Shown here piece by piece: positions 24,006 to 37,639 of a stretch of 64,000 nucleotides of DNA. The stretch's first letter is position 1. Each line of letters opens with the position of its first letter. A program made the position numbers and the translations under genes. Source of the DNA: Octopus vulgaris (taxonomy: Eukaryota); assembly GCA_951406725.2 (NCBI GenBank), contig OX597828.1, forward strand, positions 37,200,001 to 37,264,000, in the 5' to 3' direction. The notes beneath the pieces were generated by a model, which saw only the letters and a program-made list of their open reading frames with translations, did not search any database and was not told where the DNA came from.

Positions 24006-24722
24006 CATATGCAGACACATACAAACAGGAATACATATTCTTTTCTTTTGTGTCATCCCTACTAATGCTGTCCACTTAAGAGGGAAATATTTTGTGTGCA
24101 TATGTATATCAATAGTAGATTACGTGTGCGCGCATGTCTGTGAAAATTGTTCTGAGAAAGTAATATATCGTATTAGCGATAGAAAATATTGATGTGACGG
24201 CAATATACTCCAACCAATGTGTCACTTCAAAAGGCATTTTCCCGACGCTGTGTTTATAGTGTCGGCAGAAAAATTAGTTTTTCTCTGATGTACATTACAG
24301 CGTCCAAACACATACAGTTTAACGCGTCATTAATTGACTAATCGTAGTGACATCCACCAAATGAGTTCTTTATGCAAATGCGTTTCTATAATCTAATGAG
24401 GTCCTTAAATCTAGTAGCTATAGATAGAGTATATTCGTGGGTATTTGTAGATAGATCAACCATACTTGTCAGTTCCTGATAAGGCTCCAATAACAATTAA
24501 AACTGTTCACAAGGATACTTTTAATTTTCTTTTATGGAGATGCATCCGAGTGAGGGCAGTAAATTCAGCTTCATTTAAAAAGATTTGATGATTCACTGCG
24601 AAGCATATTACAGTCTCGAAACACACTAATTAACGTGTTATCTATCTGTTTATTCAATGGTCTATTTATGTAGTTGTATGTACGCACACACACACACACA
24701 CACACGCAAACAACTTCCTCTC

Positions 24723-25140
24723 TTATTTCTTTACTGCCCACAAAGGGCTACCCATGGGGGGACAAACAAGGACAGACAAACGGATTAAGTCGATTATATC
24801 GACAACAGTGCGTAACTGGTACTTAATTTATCAATCTCGAAAGGATGAATGGCAAAGTCGACATCGGCGGAATTTGAACTCAGAACGTAACGACAGACGA
24901 AATGCCTATTTCTTTACTACTCATAAGGGGCTAAACACAGACAGGACAAACAAGGACAGACAAACGGATTAAGTCGATTATATCGACCCCAGTGCGTAAC
25001 TGGTACTTAATTTATCAATCTCGAAAGGATGAAAGGCAAATTCGACCTCGGCAGAATTTGAACTCAGAACGTAACGGCAGACAAAATACAGCTACGCGTT
25101 TCGCCCGGCGTGCCAACGTTTCTGCCAGCTCTCCGCCTTG
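24723..25140 (-). mobile_element. SINE family A with two tandem 183-bp B-box-core-tail units
   Basis: TTTCTTTACT at 24726 and 24909; a single head at 25100-25140. Confidence 0.85.
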
Positions 25141-25814
25141 TGTGTATCACATATTATAACTGTTTGTCTATCTTTCTCTGTGGTATTGAAGGATTAGAAA
25201 AAAATTAGAGACAAAGAGAAAGGTACAGGGGACATAAACGAGTAGGAAATAGTGGGAGTTAAAGAGAAGGCCAAGAAATGGGAGAGAAGGGAGCGAGAAA
25301 AAGGAAAAAAATTAAGAGGGGAATAAGAGATAGAGTAAGAATCGTACAAAATTTAGATACATACCTTCTATAAGGTGAGCACAAGGGTGTACGTACGTCG
25401 CTATATATATATATATATAGCGGCGTGCGTACATTCGGACAGATAGACGATATAAAGGTGGACAAGAGAAACATCCATTAAAAGGACAGGAAAAAAAAGA
25501 GGGGTCATTCGTGGCTTTCTTTCTTCAGTCAAGTTCCAGAAGTCACGACCATTTCGGTAAGTTACACTTGAGATGGTTCGATTGAGTTGCCCCCCCCCCA
25601 ACAAAGTCTAAGCTAAGAGCATTAGACCCCTTTGTAAGAAAGCTAGCGAATGTGTACAGCAACAAAGGCAAAAAACAAACAAACAAACAAAAATGGAGAA
25701 CATGGTACACAATTACGAATATAAACAAGAAATAACAACAGGCGTCTTTCGACTGAGAACTATATATATACATGTGTGTGTGTATATATATGTATGTATA
25801 TATAGATATGTACG

Positions 25815-25892
<78 letters not shown>

Positions 25893-25908
25893 GATGTATG
25901 TGTATGTG

Positions 25909-25951
<43 letters not shown>

Positions 25952-25955
<4 letters not shown>

Positions 25956-26082
25956 TCATCATCATCATCATCGTTTAACGTCAGTTTTCCGCGCTAGCAC
26001 GGGTTGGACGGTTCGACCGGGGTCTGGGAAGCCAGGCGCTGCATCAGGCTCCAGTCTGATATGGCAGAGTTTCTGCAGCTGG
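25952..26082 (-). mobile_element. 3' tail of an RTE-type LINE or partner SINE ending in (TGA)n
   Basis: (CAT)n CGTTTAACGTC..TTTTCC.CGCT.GCA.GGGTTGGACGG, a tail pattern recalled for RTE-related elements. Confidence 0.6.
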
Positions 26083-26376
26083 GCTGCGCAGGAAGAAGCG
26101 CGATGTTCTCGGTGAAATTTGAACTGAAAAACGCAAAAGATAGACAGGTAAACCACCAACACAATTCTTCCCCCGAAACTCTAGTGATTCAGCCAATCCA
26201 ACTCTCTATACGTGTCTGGATGTTTGCCTGTGCGCTTGTGTTTTATATGTATCGGTATGTGTTTGTGTATGTGCATCTTGACATTGCATACGTTCATAAC
26301 CTTACAGCTATATAGGCACACCCACCTCTCTCTCTCTCTCACTATATATATATATTATAACAGCATATATATATTA

Positions 26377-26432
<56 letters not shown>

Positions 26433-26566
26433 TACATATTCATACTTGTACACAACGCCACCTCTCACACATACATATTAATATATTCATACATATACAC
26501 AACACCACCTACACACATACATACATACATACATATATATATATATATATCTTACGCACGCTTTGG

Positions 26567-26645
<79 letters not shown>

Positions 26646-27006
26646 CGTCATAGGAGATTAATCGATGCTATGATAACGAAACGCTGATACCGAAGGAAAC
26701 CCTCGTAATGACGATAACATACGAGAAGAAAATATGCTTATGAAAATCGGCAATAAAAACCACAAGAACAGCAGAAATGTGTAGTTTGTTCTTGAATTTT
26801 TATTTCATTTTTTTATGTATATTATTTCAATTTTTCACTTTTCTTTCGTTATCTTTTTGATAGTAACTAAAGATTCATTTGAACGCAGAAGCTGCCAGTA
26901 ACGATAACGGTATGAAGGATGGTTTCGTGATAAGAAATATCGGCTGCATCTTTTGAAAGCAAAATAGCACATTATCAAAAAAACAAAACAAAAGAAACAA
27001 CAAGTA

Positions 27007-27096
<90 letters not shown>

Positions 27097-27260
27097 GTAT
27101 TTATGTATATATATATATATATATTTATTTATATATGTTTATACTTATATATATATAAACGAATAAAATTTCAAAAGATAAAAAATGCACATCCTACAGG
27201 AAAGCGGAAGAGATTGAGAGAATTATAGATTATATCTGTCTGTCTGTCTATTTATCTATA

Positions 27261-27308
<48 letters not shown>

Positions 27309-27746
27309 ACACACACACACATAGACACACACATACATGTGTATATATATGTATATATATGTATATATATGTATATATATATATATATATATACGCACAC
27401 AAACACAAACACACACACACACAAGTTTATGTGTGTGAGTATAGGCGTCGATTAATAATTGTAATGTATTTATTGTGTCTCGCGTCTATTTACGGTCTGA
27501 CGTTACAGAATTATGAAATATGCGTGTGGGGGTGAATGTGTTATTCGTGGGTTAATGAGACTATCAGATGATCTTTTATAAAAGTAGAAATATATATGTA
27601 CACAATCATATCAACGCTCATTTTTAAAAGCTTGCGCATATATCATGCTGTTATAATTAATATACACGCTTATCTCGGTTTGTATGGTGATGATTACCTA
27701 TTTCAGTATATGTGTTGAAGTACATACACAGATGTATGCGTCAATG

Positions 27747-27804
<58 letters not shown>

Positions 27805-27894
27805 TAGATAGAGAGAGAGAGAGAGAGGGCATATGTGCGTGCGTGTATGTTCATACATACATACATACATATATATAAAAGTATATATACTTAT

Positions 27895-28030
27895 TCATTT
27901 ATTCTATTACTTGTATCAGTCATTTGATTGCGGCCATGTTGGAGCACCACCTTTATTCGTACGAATCGAGCCTAGGACTTATTTGTAAGCTCAGTACTTA
28001 TACTATTGTGCTCTTTTTCCGAACCGCGAA
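27895..28030 (-). mobile_element. SINE family B 3' fragment abutting the maT element
   Basis: CAGTCATTTGATTGCGGCCATGTTGGAGCACC...GAACCGC. Confidence 0.7.
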
Positions 28031-28744
28031 GTGTACGTAAGATATTTGTGGACGTACATTTTTTGTTTCATTGCTGCATTTTTTGCTAATTTTCTTTCGA
28101 TCAAGATCAAAAAGTTAACTGAAGAAATGACAGATGGTTACGTGTAGGCCCTTCTGAAGTTCCAAGCGTTATACAACATTTCCTGCAACTGTCATGGTTT
28201 TAGGACTTGTCAGCAATGAAAGACATGTGATGCCTCCTTACTTCTTTCCACAAGGGCTTAGAGTTAACTCTGCCGCCTACATTGAGGAAATAATTGTTAA
28301 GCTCTGGAAAGACGGAGTATACAATGGAAGGCTATATGTGGGTCACAAATGTCACATATGGCTCTAATATCAGAGGAATGGATGGCTGAAAATTTTCTTG
28401 ATCATATAACCCATAACATTTGGCCTCCTAATTCTCTAAATCTTAACTATTACGTGTGGAGCGTTGTCGAGAGAGAGAGGTTAACGAACACCGAAGATTC
28501 GTTGAAAGCTGCCATAGTCAGATTTATGTCCAAAATGAATCAGGAGCACTTGATTCGAGCATGTAGATGATTTAGATTTCGTATAGAAGCAATTGTTGAA
28601 GCTGAAGATAACTTTATTGAATAAGATTATAGAAAAGAACGTTTATTTTTATCTTCATATCATTTTTTGAGAAGTTTTCTGTTATTATATATATGTTTTT
28701 TTATTAGAAAGATAAATCTGTCCTCAAATATTTTACGCATCCTG
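28031..28744 (+). mobile_element. Internally deleted maT-like (DD37D) transposon, copy 1
   Basis: EWMAENFLDHITHNIWPPNS..NYYVWSVVER; right TIR TGTCCTCAAATATTTTACGCATCCTG|TA; homologous to 58680-59458. Confidence 0.8.
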
Positions 28745-29062
28745 TATATATATACAGTTGCAATTTTTACGTTTTCTTTTCTTTTCTCAGTATGTTTTTT
28801 TTTGTCTCATTGTCCCTTTGCATTCTACAAACTCTGATGAAGAGAGTTAATGTACGAAACATCAAAACAGTTACCCCTCGCTATTTCTCTGAGTGTCGAA
28901 ATAACATATTTTGATCAAGCCAAAGTATAATTGAAGCCGGCGTTGAAGTGTTCGAGTTTTAATTGAAGCCAATTCATTTACACAGCTAATTCCTCCGACA
29001 TATAATGTCTACTCCTACAACGATTCTTTTCTCGACTAAACTCAATGTTAGTAACAGATAAG

Positions 29063-29285
29063 GTAACGGGTTGGCAGAATAGTCATTGTGCCTGGCCGAG
29101 TGCTTAGCGGCATTTGGTCCGACTTTACGTTCTGAATTGAAAACCCACCGAGTTCAACTTTGCTTCTCGTCCTTACAGGATCGATAAAATAAGTACCAGT
29201 TGATCCAGTGGGAGGGGGGGGGTTCGATGTAATCTACTTAGTCCTCCCATAAAATTGCTGGCCTTGTACCAAAATTTTAAACTAA
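29063..29285 (+). mobile_element. SINE family A, decayed
   Basis: TGGCAGAATAGTC head, GATCGATAAAATAAGTACCAGTTGA core. Confidence 0.7.
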
Positions 29286-29296
29286 TGTTAGTCATA

Positions 29297-29346
<50 letters not shown>

Positions 29347-29889
29347 CAATAATAATATGAAGAAAGCGGGAAGAATGAGCTTCCAGGCTGTCGTATCACC
29401 TCTACTCCAATCTCTTCCTCCCGTTTTTATAATAAATAATACTTTGACAGAAGTCCCTCACAGACATCGCAGAAGATTAACTTATTTTCCTGCCAAATAA
29501 TTTGTTTGATTGGCAAATATGTTTAAACTAATATTTCTTACACTCTTGGCCAATAGTCAAGCTATGTTTTGCAAAAGTTTACTTTTTATTTTCGTTTTCT
29601 CATTTTCTGTTGTCATAACAATCCCCTTTCTTCGTGTTTAAGTAAGATAAATTCTGCTGAAGGTCATACGTATTTACATTATTCCTCTCACTTTTCGGTT
29701 CTTCGTTAAAGTCTAAATATTTTGAGTGCAAGGAAATCGATTAAAATGACCCAAATACATGATGGATACTTTATTTTATCGATCCAGTAAATCTGGAAGT
29801 GAAAGCAAAAAATAAAAAATAAAATATAAACACCGTCCTGAATCCTAGGACTCGTAAATCCGGTTACCCAATTTCATTACCCCATAACC

Positions 29890-30060
29890 GTTACAACCGT
29901 CCCCTTGAACGGGATGCCACTCTGTCGAAGGAGTACTCATTTACAGCTGAATGAACTGGAGCAACGTGAGATGAGGTGTCTTGCTCAAGAACACAATGCA
30001 AAGCCCGGTCCGGAAATCGATACCGCGATCTTGCGATCGTAAGTGCAACACATGAACTGC
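29890..30060 (-). mobile_element. SINE family C, decayed
   Basis: CAGCTGAATGAACTGGAGCAACGTG...TGTCTTGCTCAAGAACACA. Confidence 0.7.
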
Positions 30061-30469
30061 TGAGCTTCGCATTTTCATCAGAACGTGAAGGGATGCAGTT
30101 AAATACCACAAAGCCTTCTGTCTTTTGGTGTTCTGATTCAAATAAATCCACTGATTCCAAACTGATGCACAAAGCCTCAGATTTAGGGGCTGAGTATAAC
30201 TGATTATATAGGACTCTGTGCTTAACAGATATATATTTTATTGATCCCACGAAAAGGACAGCGGGATTTGAGCTCAAATCATGAAGGGATATACGTTTAT
30301 AGTTAATACATGTTTTTAACGAATATCAGGATTTAAAGTGTATTTAATTCACCAATCTCCAAATGAACAAAAGATGGTGCGATTTGAACTTAGAGGATAA
30401 TGGTACATAATTAAATGCCATAAAGTATTATGTCTCCTGTCCAATAAATTCTTCAACTACAATAGCATA

Positions 30470-31620
30470 ATAATGCTTTCAAATTTTGGCACACGGCCAA
30501 CAATTGTGGGTGAGAGGGAAGTCAATTATATCGACTACAGTACTCAACTGATACTTATTTTATCAACCCTGAAAGTTGAACTCAGAACGTAAACCCGTAA
30601 AAATACTGAAAATTTAGTTGATCTCATTGAAACCAGGACTTGGAGGCCGGTACTTTACATTATCCACTCCGAAAAGATAAAATGTAAAGTAAACCTCGAC
30701 AAGATTTGAAACAAAAATGTATAGAAATGCTGCATAGTATTTTTCCGACGTCCTAACGATTCTGCTGACCCGTTGCCCTTCAATGGCTCTTAAATTAAGT
30801 ACGAGGCTGACTATTTTGAGGAGAGTACGTGATTCGATTACATCGATCTCGGTACTCCGCTGGTAAATATTTCATGGACTCCGAAAGTAAGAAAGGCTAA
30901 GTCAATCTGGGCAGAATTTGAACTCAGAATGTAGCAAAGACGGATATAATACTGATCAGAATTTTTGTCCATGCTACCGATTTTGCCAGTTTGCCGCCCT
31001 AACAGAAATACTCTCCAATGAAATTTTCGTGGGTGGTGGCCAGTCAACTGTATCGACGTCATTGCTGAACTTGTGATTATTTTAGCCGAATTGGATGGAA
31101 GGCAAGGTAGATTTCGGAGGAATTTAAACTAGGAATATGAAGCCGGAAGAAATGTTGGGAAGCGTTCCGTCCGATCTGCTAAAGGTTCTGCGAGATCGCT
31201 GCCTTTACAATAATCATGATAATCCTTTCTATTGCAGGCACAAGGTCTGAAATTTGGGGGGAAGGGGAAACTCGATTATACCGACCCCAGTAATCAACTG
31301 GTATTAATTTATCGACCCCGAAAAGATGAAAGGCAATGTCGACCTCGGAGGAATTTGAACTCAGAACGTAGCGGGAGACGAAATAACGCTAAGCATTTCG
31401 CCCTGCATGCTCACGGCTCTGCCAGCTCACCACCTTCAATAATCATAATAATGAGTTCATACATAGGCCTAAGGGTGGAAATGTATAAGGGGTGTGGGTG
31501 TTAGCAGGTTATATGGATTGCAGTTTTAGGTTGGTATTTTACTTTTACCGATCTGGGAGGGATGAAAAGCAAAGATGTCTTCGGCGAGATTTGAACACTA
31601 AATCGGAAGAGCCGTAACTA
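30470..31620 (-). mobile_element. Co-oriented stack of about 5-6 decayed SINE family A copies
   Basis: Repeated GAATTTGAACTCAGAA-like B-box at about 30575, 30705, 30915, 31120, 31350 and 31590. Confidence 0.75.
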
Positions 31621-32106
31621 TGTACAACTAGACATATTGTTCCGTGCTCAGCTGATCCTGCAAATCATTTCAGCACAAATTCCTACATCCGCATATATAT
31701 GCAACGTATACATATCCACATATACATACGTACATATATGTGCGTGTATGTATGTATGTATGTATGTATGTATGTATGTATGTATGTATGTATGTATGTA
31801 TGTATGTATATATATATATACGGGGAGTAGATGAAACAGAGGCGGCTGAAGAAGGGGACTTTTGCTTGTGTTGTATGTCTTGTACTCTTTTTTTTCGTTG
31901 TTTAAGAAAAATGTCCATTTCCTTAGTTTTGTGTTTATGTTTTCGTTTCTCGTAGTGTTCGACGTTTTTTTGGTGTCCTGTACCCATATATGCATGTATA
32001 TGTACATATAGATGTAGGTACCTACATATACGTATGTATATATGCATATGTTTTATTTATTATTTTGTTAGTATATATGCATTTGTTTTATTTATTATTT
32101 TGTTAG

Positions 32107-32140
<34 letters not shown>

Positions 32141-32154
32141 CGTGTGTGTGTGTG

Positions 32155-32748
32155 CTAGACTTACTACCCAGCGTTGCTCGGTAAGGTATTCACGGAATCG
32201 TTTGCCAGTTTCATATACACGTACATACATCTTTCATGGTACTAATGCATGTATATATATATTTAAGCTAATGCTTGGACTTATTTAACTGGAACTGTCG
32301 ACGGCTCTCTCCCTCTCTCTCTTTTTCTTAGAGAGTTACAAAATGTAAACATTCGTACCTGACGTTGACTCATTTAATGTCAGGATAGGATTTACAGAAA
32401 AATAAGGGCTTAAATTTAATGAAAATTTAATATATAAGTGAAATTATACTAAATACAACTAAATTGAAAACCTTTTCTTCCTGGCCATATCGGCAATTCT
32501 GGAAACTTTTCGAATTTTGCATGAGTAGAAGCATTTTTTAAAACAACTTTTATCCTGAAAAATCACCTGTTACCTTTGTTTTAAAGTTAAAGAGAGGAGA
32601 AAGTGATATACAAGGTGTTTATTTTCAACTTTTGTTCCTCTCAAAGATCCAGTCAGACGTGATGCATCCCTGAAAGGTAGAAAGGGCTAAATAAGGAATC
32701 TTTTTTTAAAATCTAAATCCTGACTACTTCTTTCTCTTAATATATAAA
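32155..32748 (-). mobile_element. Putative non-autonomous Helitron, second family
   Basis: CTAG...CCCAGCGTTGCTCGG at the left end (3' hairpin on the minus strand, related to the 62242 end) and CTCTTAATATATA at the right end. Confidence 0.55.
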
Positions 32749-32754
32749 ACTAGT

Positions 32755-33170
32755 AAGGCGGCGAGCTGGCAAAAACGTTAGCACGCCGGGCGAAATGCGT
32801 CGCCGTATTTCGTCTGCCGTTATGTTCTGAGTTCAAATTTTGCCGAGGTCGACTTTGCCTTTCATCTTCTCGGGGTCGATTAAATAAGTACCAATTATGC
32901 CCCGGGGTCGATATAATCGACTTAATCCGTTTGTCTGTCCTTGTTTGTCGTCTCCGTGTTTGGCTCCTTGTGGACAGTAAAGAAATAGGTATTTCGCTTG
33001 CCGCTACGTTCTGAGTTCAAATTCCCCCGAAATCGATTTTGCCTTTCATCCCTGTCAGGATCTATAAAATAAGTACCAGTTGAACACTGGGGCTGATGTA
33101 ATCGACTTAGCCCCCCCCTCTCTCTCTCTCTCTCGAAGTTGCTGGCCTTATGTTAAAATTTGAAACGAAT
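32755..33170 (+). mobile_element. SINE family A, dimeric
   Basis: GGCGGCGAGCTGGCAAAAACGTTAGCACG head; the B-box-core segment is repeated after AAAGAAATAGGTATTTCG. Confidence 0.9.
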
Positions 33171-33735
33171 CTAGTGGAAATATCGTATATAACAATATAA
33201 TTGTATATGCGTGTAAAACAATACTCTGTAGCAGAGCGCGAGGTGGAGCACAGCTGTTCGTGGTTCTAATAACTTCCTACTTCAAGTAGTTGTTGGCTGA
33301 TAGATGAAAGCCACAATAGCTGCAATGACAGCCTTCATGTTTAATAACAATGCTAATTATTTCTAAACAATCCTTATAATTAACTAATTTCCCGGTTCCT
33401 GTGTCTTCTGTCATCAGATTAATTAGTATTAATATTCAATTACATTGTACTGAAGCCGTATTGTTATAGTCATCATCGTTGTTGTGGTTGCCGTTGTGGT
33501 TGTTGTCGCTTTTGTTTTTGTTGTTATTATACTCGACGTCCTTTGACTATATTTTAGCTTTGGTCGGAGAGAAATATGGTAACAATCGTTCCAACCGTGG
33601 CTATCTCTTAATGTATCTGGAACCAATATGTCGCTCGATTGCAAATATTGTACGATTTGGCTCTAGGCAATTTAACAACTCTTTCCAAGAATAGAAGCTG
33701 TTTGGTGTTACGCATGCTGTCTATCCCCGGGTCAC

Positions 33736-33774
<39 letters not shown>

Positions 33775-33842
33775 CACGGGCACACACAAGCACACTCACA
33801 TATATATTATATATTTATACATATGTGTGTGTGAGCGTACGC

Positions 33843-34105
33843 GCGGTGTGTGTGTGTGAGGTGTGTGTGTGTGTGTGTGTGTGTGAGGTGTGTATGTGTG
33901 AGGTGTGTATGTGTGAGGTGTGTGTGTGAGGTGTGTGTGTGAGGTATGTGTGTGAGGTGTGTGAGGTGTATGTGAGGTGTGTGTGTGTGAAGTGTGTGTG
34001 TGTGAGGTGTGTGTGTGTGTGTGTGAGGTGTGTATGTGTGAGGTGTGTATGTGTGAGGTGTGTGTGTGTGAGGTGTGTTTGTGAGGTGTGTGTGTGAGGT
34101 GTGTG

Positions 34106-34145
<40 letters not shown>
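33843..34145. repeat. (GT)n array punctuated by GAG (variable (GT)nGAG minisatellite)
   Basis: Direct inspection. Confidence 0.9.
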
Positions 34146-34150
<5 letters not shown>

Positions 34151-34199
34151 CTTGTGTGCGAGTGTGTACATAATAACATATATACTACAGCCCAATGAG

Positions 34200-34400
34200 G
34201 CAACGGGTTTCTACATAGTCGGTCGAAGTACAGGAAACAGCAGCCAAATCACCCTCAAGCCACCCTGCTATCTTTCGTAAGGACAAGATACATTAGTTAA
34301 TGCAGTCCTGAAAACAGCTTTAAAATGTCGGGATGGTCACTGGTAAAATGTATCTCACCAGAAATCTGATTGATCAGGATTCAACTGGAGTTAAAAATCG
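34200..34400 (+). mobile_element. SINE family D tail (further decayed pieces at about 40790-40960, 42980-43370 x3 and 59480-59660)
   Basis: CAGCAGCCAAATC..CCTCAA...ACATT...GGATGGTCAC.G...CTGGAG motif series recurring in the window. Confidence 0.6.
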
Positions 34401-34429
34401 AGAAAGACGGGAAAATATATATAACATAG

Positions 34430-34693
34430 TACGTTTAAATATTTGTTGTGCAAGATTTTTTATGTGAAGTCGTGTGTTGAAACAGATATTGTTATATTTC
34501 GGAATGGTCATTTTGCCAGTTTAGCCAATAAAAACACACGCACTATATATTTGGTGTTTTTATTGGCTAAACTGGCAAAATGACCATTCCGAAATATAAC
34601 AATATCTATGAAGCAAAGTAACACCAAATATATAGTGCGTGTGTTTTTATTGGCTAAACTGGCAAAATGACCATTCCGAAATATAACAATATA
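34430..34693. mobile_element. Rearranged element with a perfect 54-bp hairpin (34484-34537 / 34554-34607) plus a second inverted copy
   Basis: Same family as 51514-51700 and 52149-52226. Confidence 0.88.
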
Positions 34694-34910
34694 TATAACA
34701 TAATTCCACAATATTGTACTGTAAATATTCACAAAATAGTTAATAATTTAAGGCCAATGCAACAAATCTTTTTCTCCATTTTGATTCTTCTTTCTCTTCA
34801 TACGCACGCCCACCATACACACTCACACAATAATGAAGGTGGCTAGGCACGATATATAACCCAGAAGGAAAAATTCAGTTGTCACTAACAATGACTGAGG
34901 CTGCAATGTG

Positions 34911-34957
<47 letters not shown>

Positions 34958-34970
34958 TGTGTGTGTGCGT

Positions 34971-35047
<77 letters not shown>

Positions 35048-35303
35048 ATTACAATAATATACAAATCACAAAAACCCTTGTGAATTTACCCAGAGTTACT
35101 TGACCGAAATATTAACTGGGTTCGATTCAATCAGCGTTTGCATGTGACTTTCATTACAATATCTTTAATATCTTATCTGGTTGTGTGCTATACTATGTGT
35201 TCAAATTTCATAATTCCACCCACTCACACAGACGCGTACGCGCAAATATACATGCATATTTATGTATGCATGTTCATATAATTTTGTGTTTGTATATATA
35301 TAT

Positions 35304-35350
<47 letters not shown>

Positions 35351-35366
<16 letters not shown>

Positions 35367-35675
35367 TAGAAACAAACACCTTTTATCAATTCAAAATGAA
35401 TAATTAAATTACACCATCTAGAAAATTATATATAATAGAAAAGTTAAAATAACAATTAAAAAGTAAAGATTAAGTAAATTACAAAAATAACATAGTGTAT
35501 ATAATATAATACCTATTATATAAATTATATTATTTTTGTAATTTACTTAATCTTTACTTTTTAATTGTTATTTTAATTTTAACTTTTCTATTATATGTAA
35601 TTTTCTAGATGGTGTAATTTAATTATTCATTTTGAATTGATAAAAAGTGTTTTTTTTCTAATATTTTATATATAT
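35351..35675. repeat. Foldback element with arms of about 140 bp in a (TA)n tract
   Basis: AAATATTAGAAAC...TACAAAAATAA (35361-35490) versus TTATTTTTGTA...TTCTAATATTT (35530-35666). Confidence 0.88.
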
Positions 35676-36100
35676 ATTATATTGTGTGAAATTTGATTTA
35701 GTATTTCTAAATTGAATTCTTTTTCCTTGTAAGTTTGGATTTTATTCCCTCAAATAATAATAATTATATATATATATATATACACACACACACAAACGCG
35801 CGCGCGCACATATATGTACATACATACATACATACATACATACATACATACATACATACATACATACATACATGTATACCTACATATATTGAAAATTTGC
35901 TTAATTTTATTGACTCTATATAAGAAGAGCAATGATATTACTAAAAGACATATTAATCAGGATTTTAATATATATTAATCAATACTAACGGGAATAATTT
36001 CGCAGAAACAGTAATTTCACAAATGGAAAAGATTCTCAGATCTTAAGTGTGTTCTTATTGAGTCGATATAGTAGTTACCACTCAAATATTAGGGTTACGT

Positions 36101-36320
36101 AAGGTGGCGAGCTAGCAGATACGTCAGCACGCCGGATAAAATGCTTAGCGGCATTTAGTCCGGCCGTCTTTACGTTCTGAGTTCAAATTCCGCCGCGGTC
36201 AACTTTGCTTTTCATCCTTTCGGGGTCGATGAAATAAGTACCAGTTATGCACTAGGGTTGATTTAATCGACTTGCCGACTCCACCGAAATTGTTAGCCTT
36301 GTGTCAATATTTGAAACGAA
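36101..36320 (+). mobile_element. SINE family A monomer
   Basis: Head, B-box and core intact. Confidence 0.85.
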
Positions 36321-37042
36321 ATTCTCGGGTCTCTTAAAATGCTCGACCTTGTACCGATGGTAGAAAATAATATCACGGAGAGAATGGTTTCAGTAAGAGT
36401 TAGAGGATAGTACTGTGACAGATACAACTGTGGTTTTTAATCTTTGAGGTCTGAGTTAAAATTCTGCCCTGCCCGACTGATCTCGTCTTTTATCTCTGAG
36501 ACATCGAAGTCCAGGCTTTAATTTTTAACTCTGTGGAATTGTATCCCCAGATTTGCTTTCCATCCCTGTGCAGTTGGGTGCATGAATTTGCCCTTCACTC
36601 ACCCCTATGAGGTTGCGAAACTTTGTCATTTATCCCTATGTAATCGAAAGTTCCAATGAGTAATTTATCCACATGGAACAGAGGGTGCGCGGTTGACTTT
36701 CATTACCGTCGTCAGTTGAGATGATTAATATACATACCATTGGTATACTGGTTATTGATTCAATCAATTAGTCACTTCTAAGAAACATTTATTGCCTACT
36801 CCAGAACCTAGAAATCAATATCGTTAATAAGAACGACATCAATCGATAGGTAACTTCGTCGATATATTTCGATATTTAATTGCATCAATCCACTTTATGA
36901 TCTGAGTTCAAAACTCACCGAGGTCAATTGTTTTCGTTCCCCTAGGTTCAATAATATGAAGTTCAAGTCAAGTGCTGAGGTTAAAGGTATTGTCTAAACC
37001 CTTCCCATCAAAATTAGTACCTTTGCGGCTAAATCAAAAGCT

Positions 37043-37073
<31 letters not shown>

Positions 37074-37077
37074 ATAT

Positions 37078-37115
<38 letters not shown>

Positions 37116-37159
37116 GTAGTAGTAGTAGTAGTAGTAGTACTACTACTACTACTACTACT

Positions 37160-37575
37160 AAGGCATTGATCTGGCAGTATCGTTAGCACACCGGGCGAAA
37201 TGAATAGCAGCATTTCGTCCGTTTTCACGACTTTGCCTTTTATCCTCTCGGGGTCGACAAAATAAGTACCAGTCATATACTGGGGTCGGTGTAATTTACC
37301 TGTCCCCTCCCCTATACAATAAAGGATTATTGTTGTTTTTGTAGTTGTTGTTATTAAGGTGGCTGACTGGCAGAATCTTTAAGGCGTCAGATAAGATCCT
37401 TAACGTCATTTATTCTGCGTCCTCACGTTCGATGTTCAAATGCAGCCGAGGTCCGGTTTTCCTTTTATTCTTTCTGGGTCACAAAATAAGTGCCATTTAA
37501 GCATTTGATTCGATGTAATCGACTTCTCTTCCTCCACCTTAAAATTCCTGGCCTTGTGCCAAAGTTTGGAAACAC
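37160..37575 (+). mobile_element. Two decayed SINE family A copies
   Basis: CTGGCAG.ATC head and GGGTC.ACAAAATAAGT core, each twice. Confidence 0.7.
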
Positions 37576-37639
37576 CATTATTGTCGTCTTATTTTTATTG
37601 CGTGCTTTCACTTCATTACCGAGTCTAGCTTTGTGTGTC

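Noticed and set aside
28830-28872. CTGATGAAG...CGAAAC hammerhead-like motif
   Set aside because: Helices I, II and III do not pair convincingly.
33796-34203. His/Thr-rich ORF suggestive of a His-rich structural protein
   Set aside because: Product of the (GT)nGAG array.
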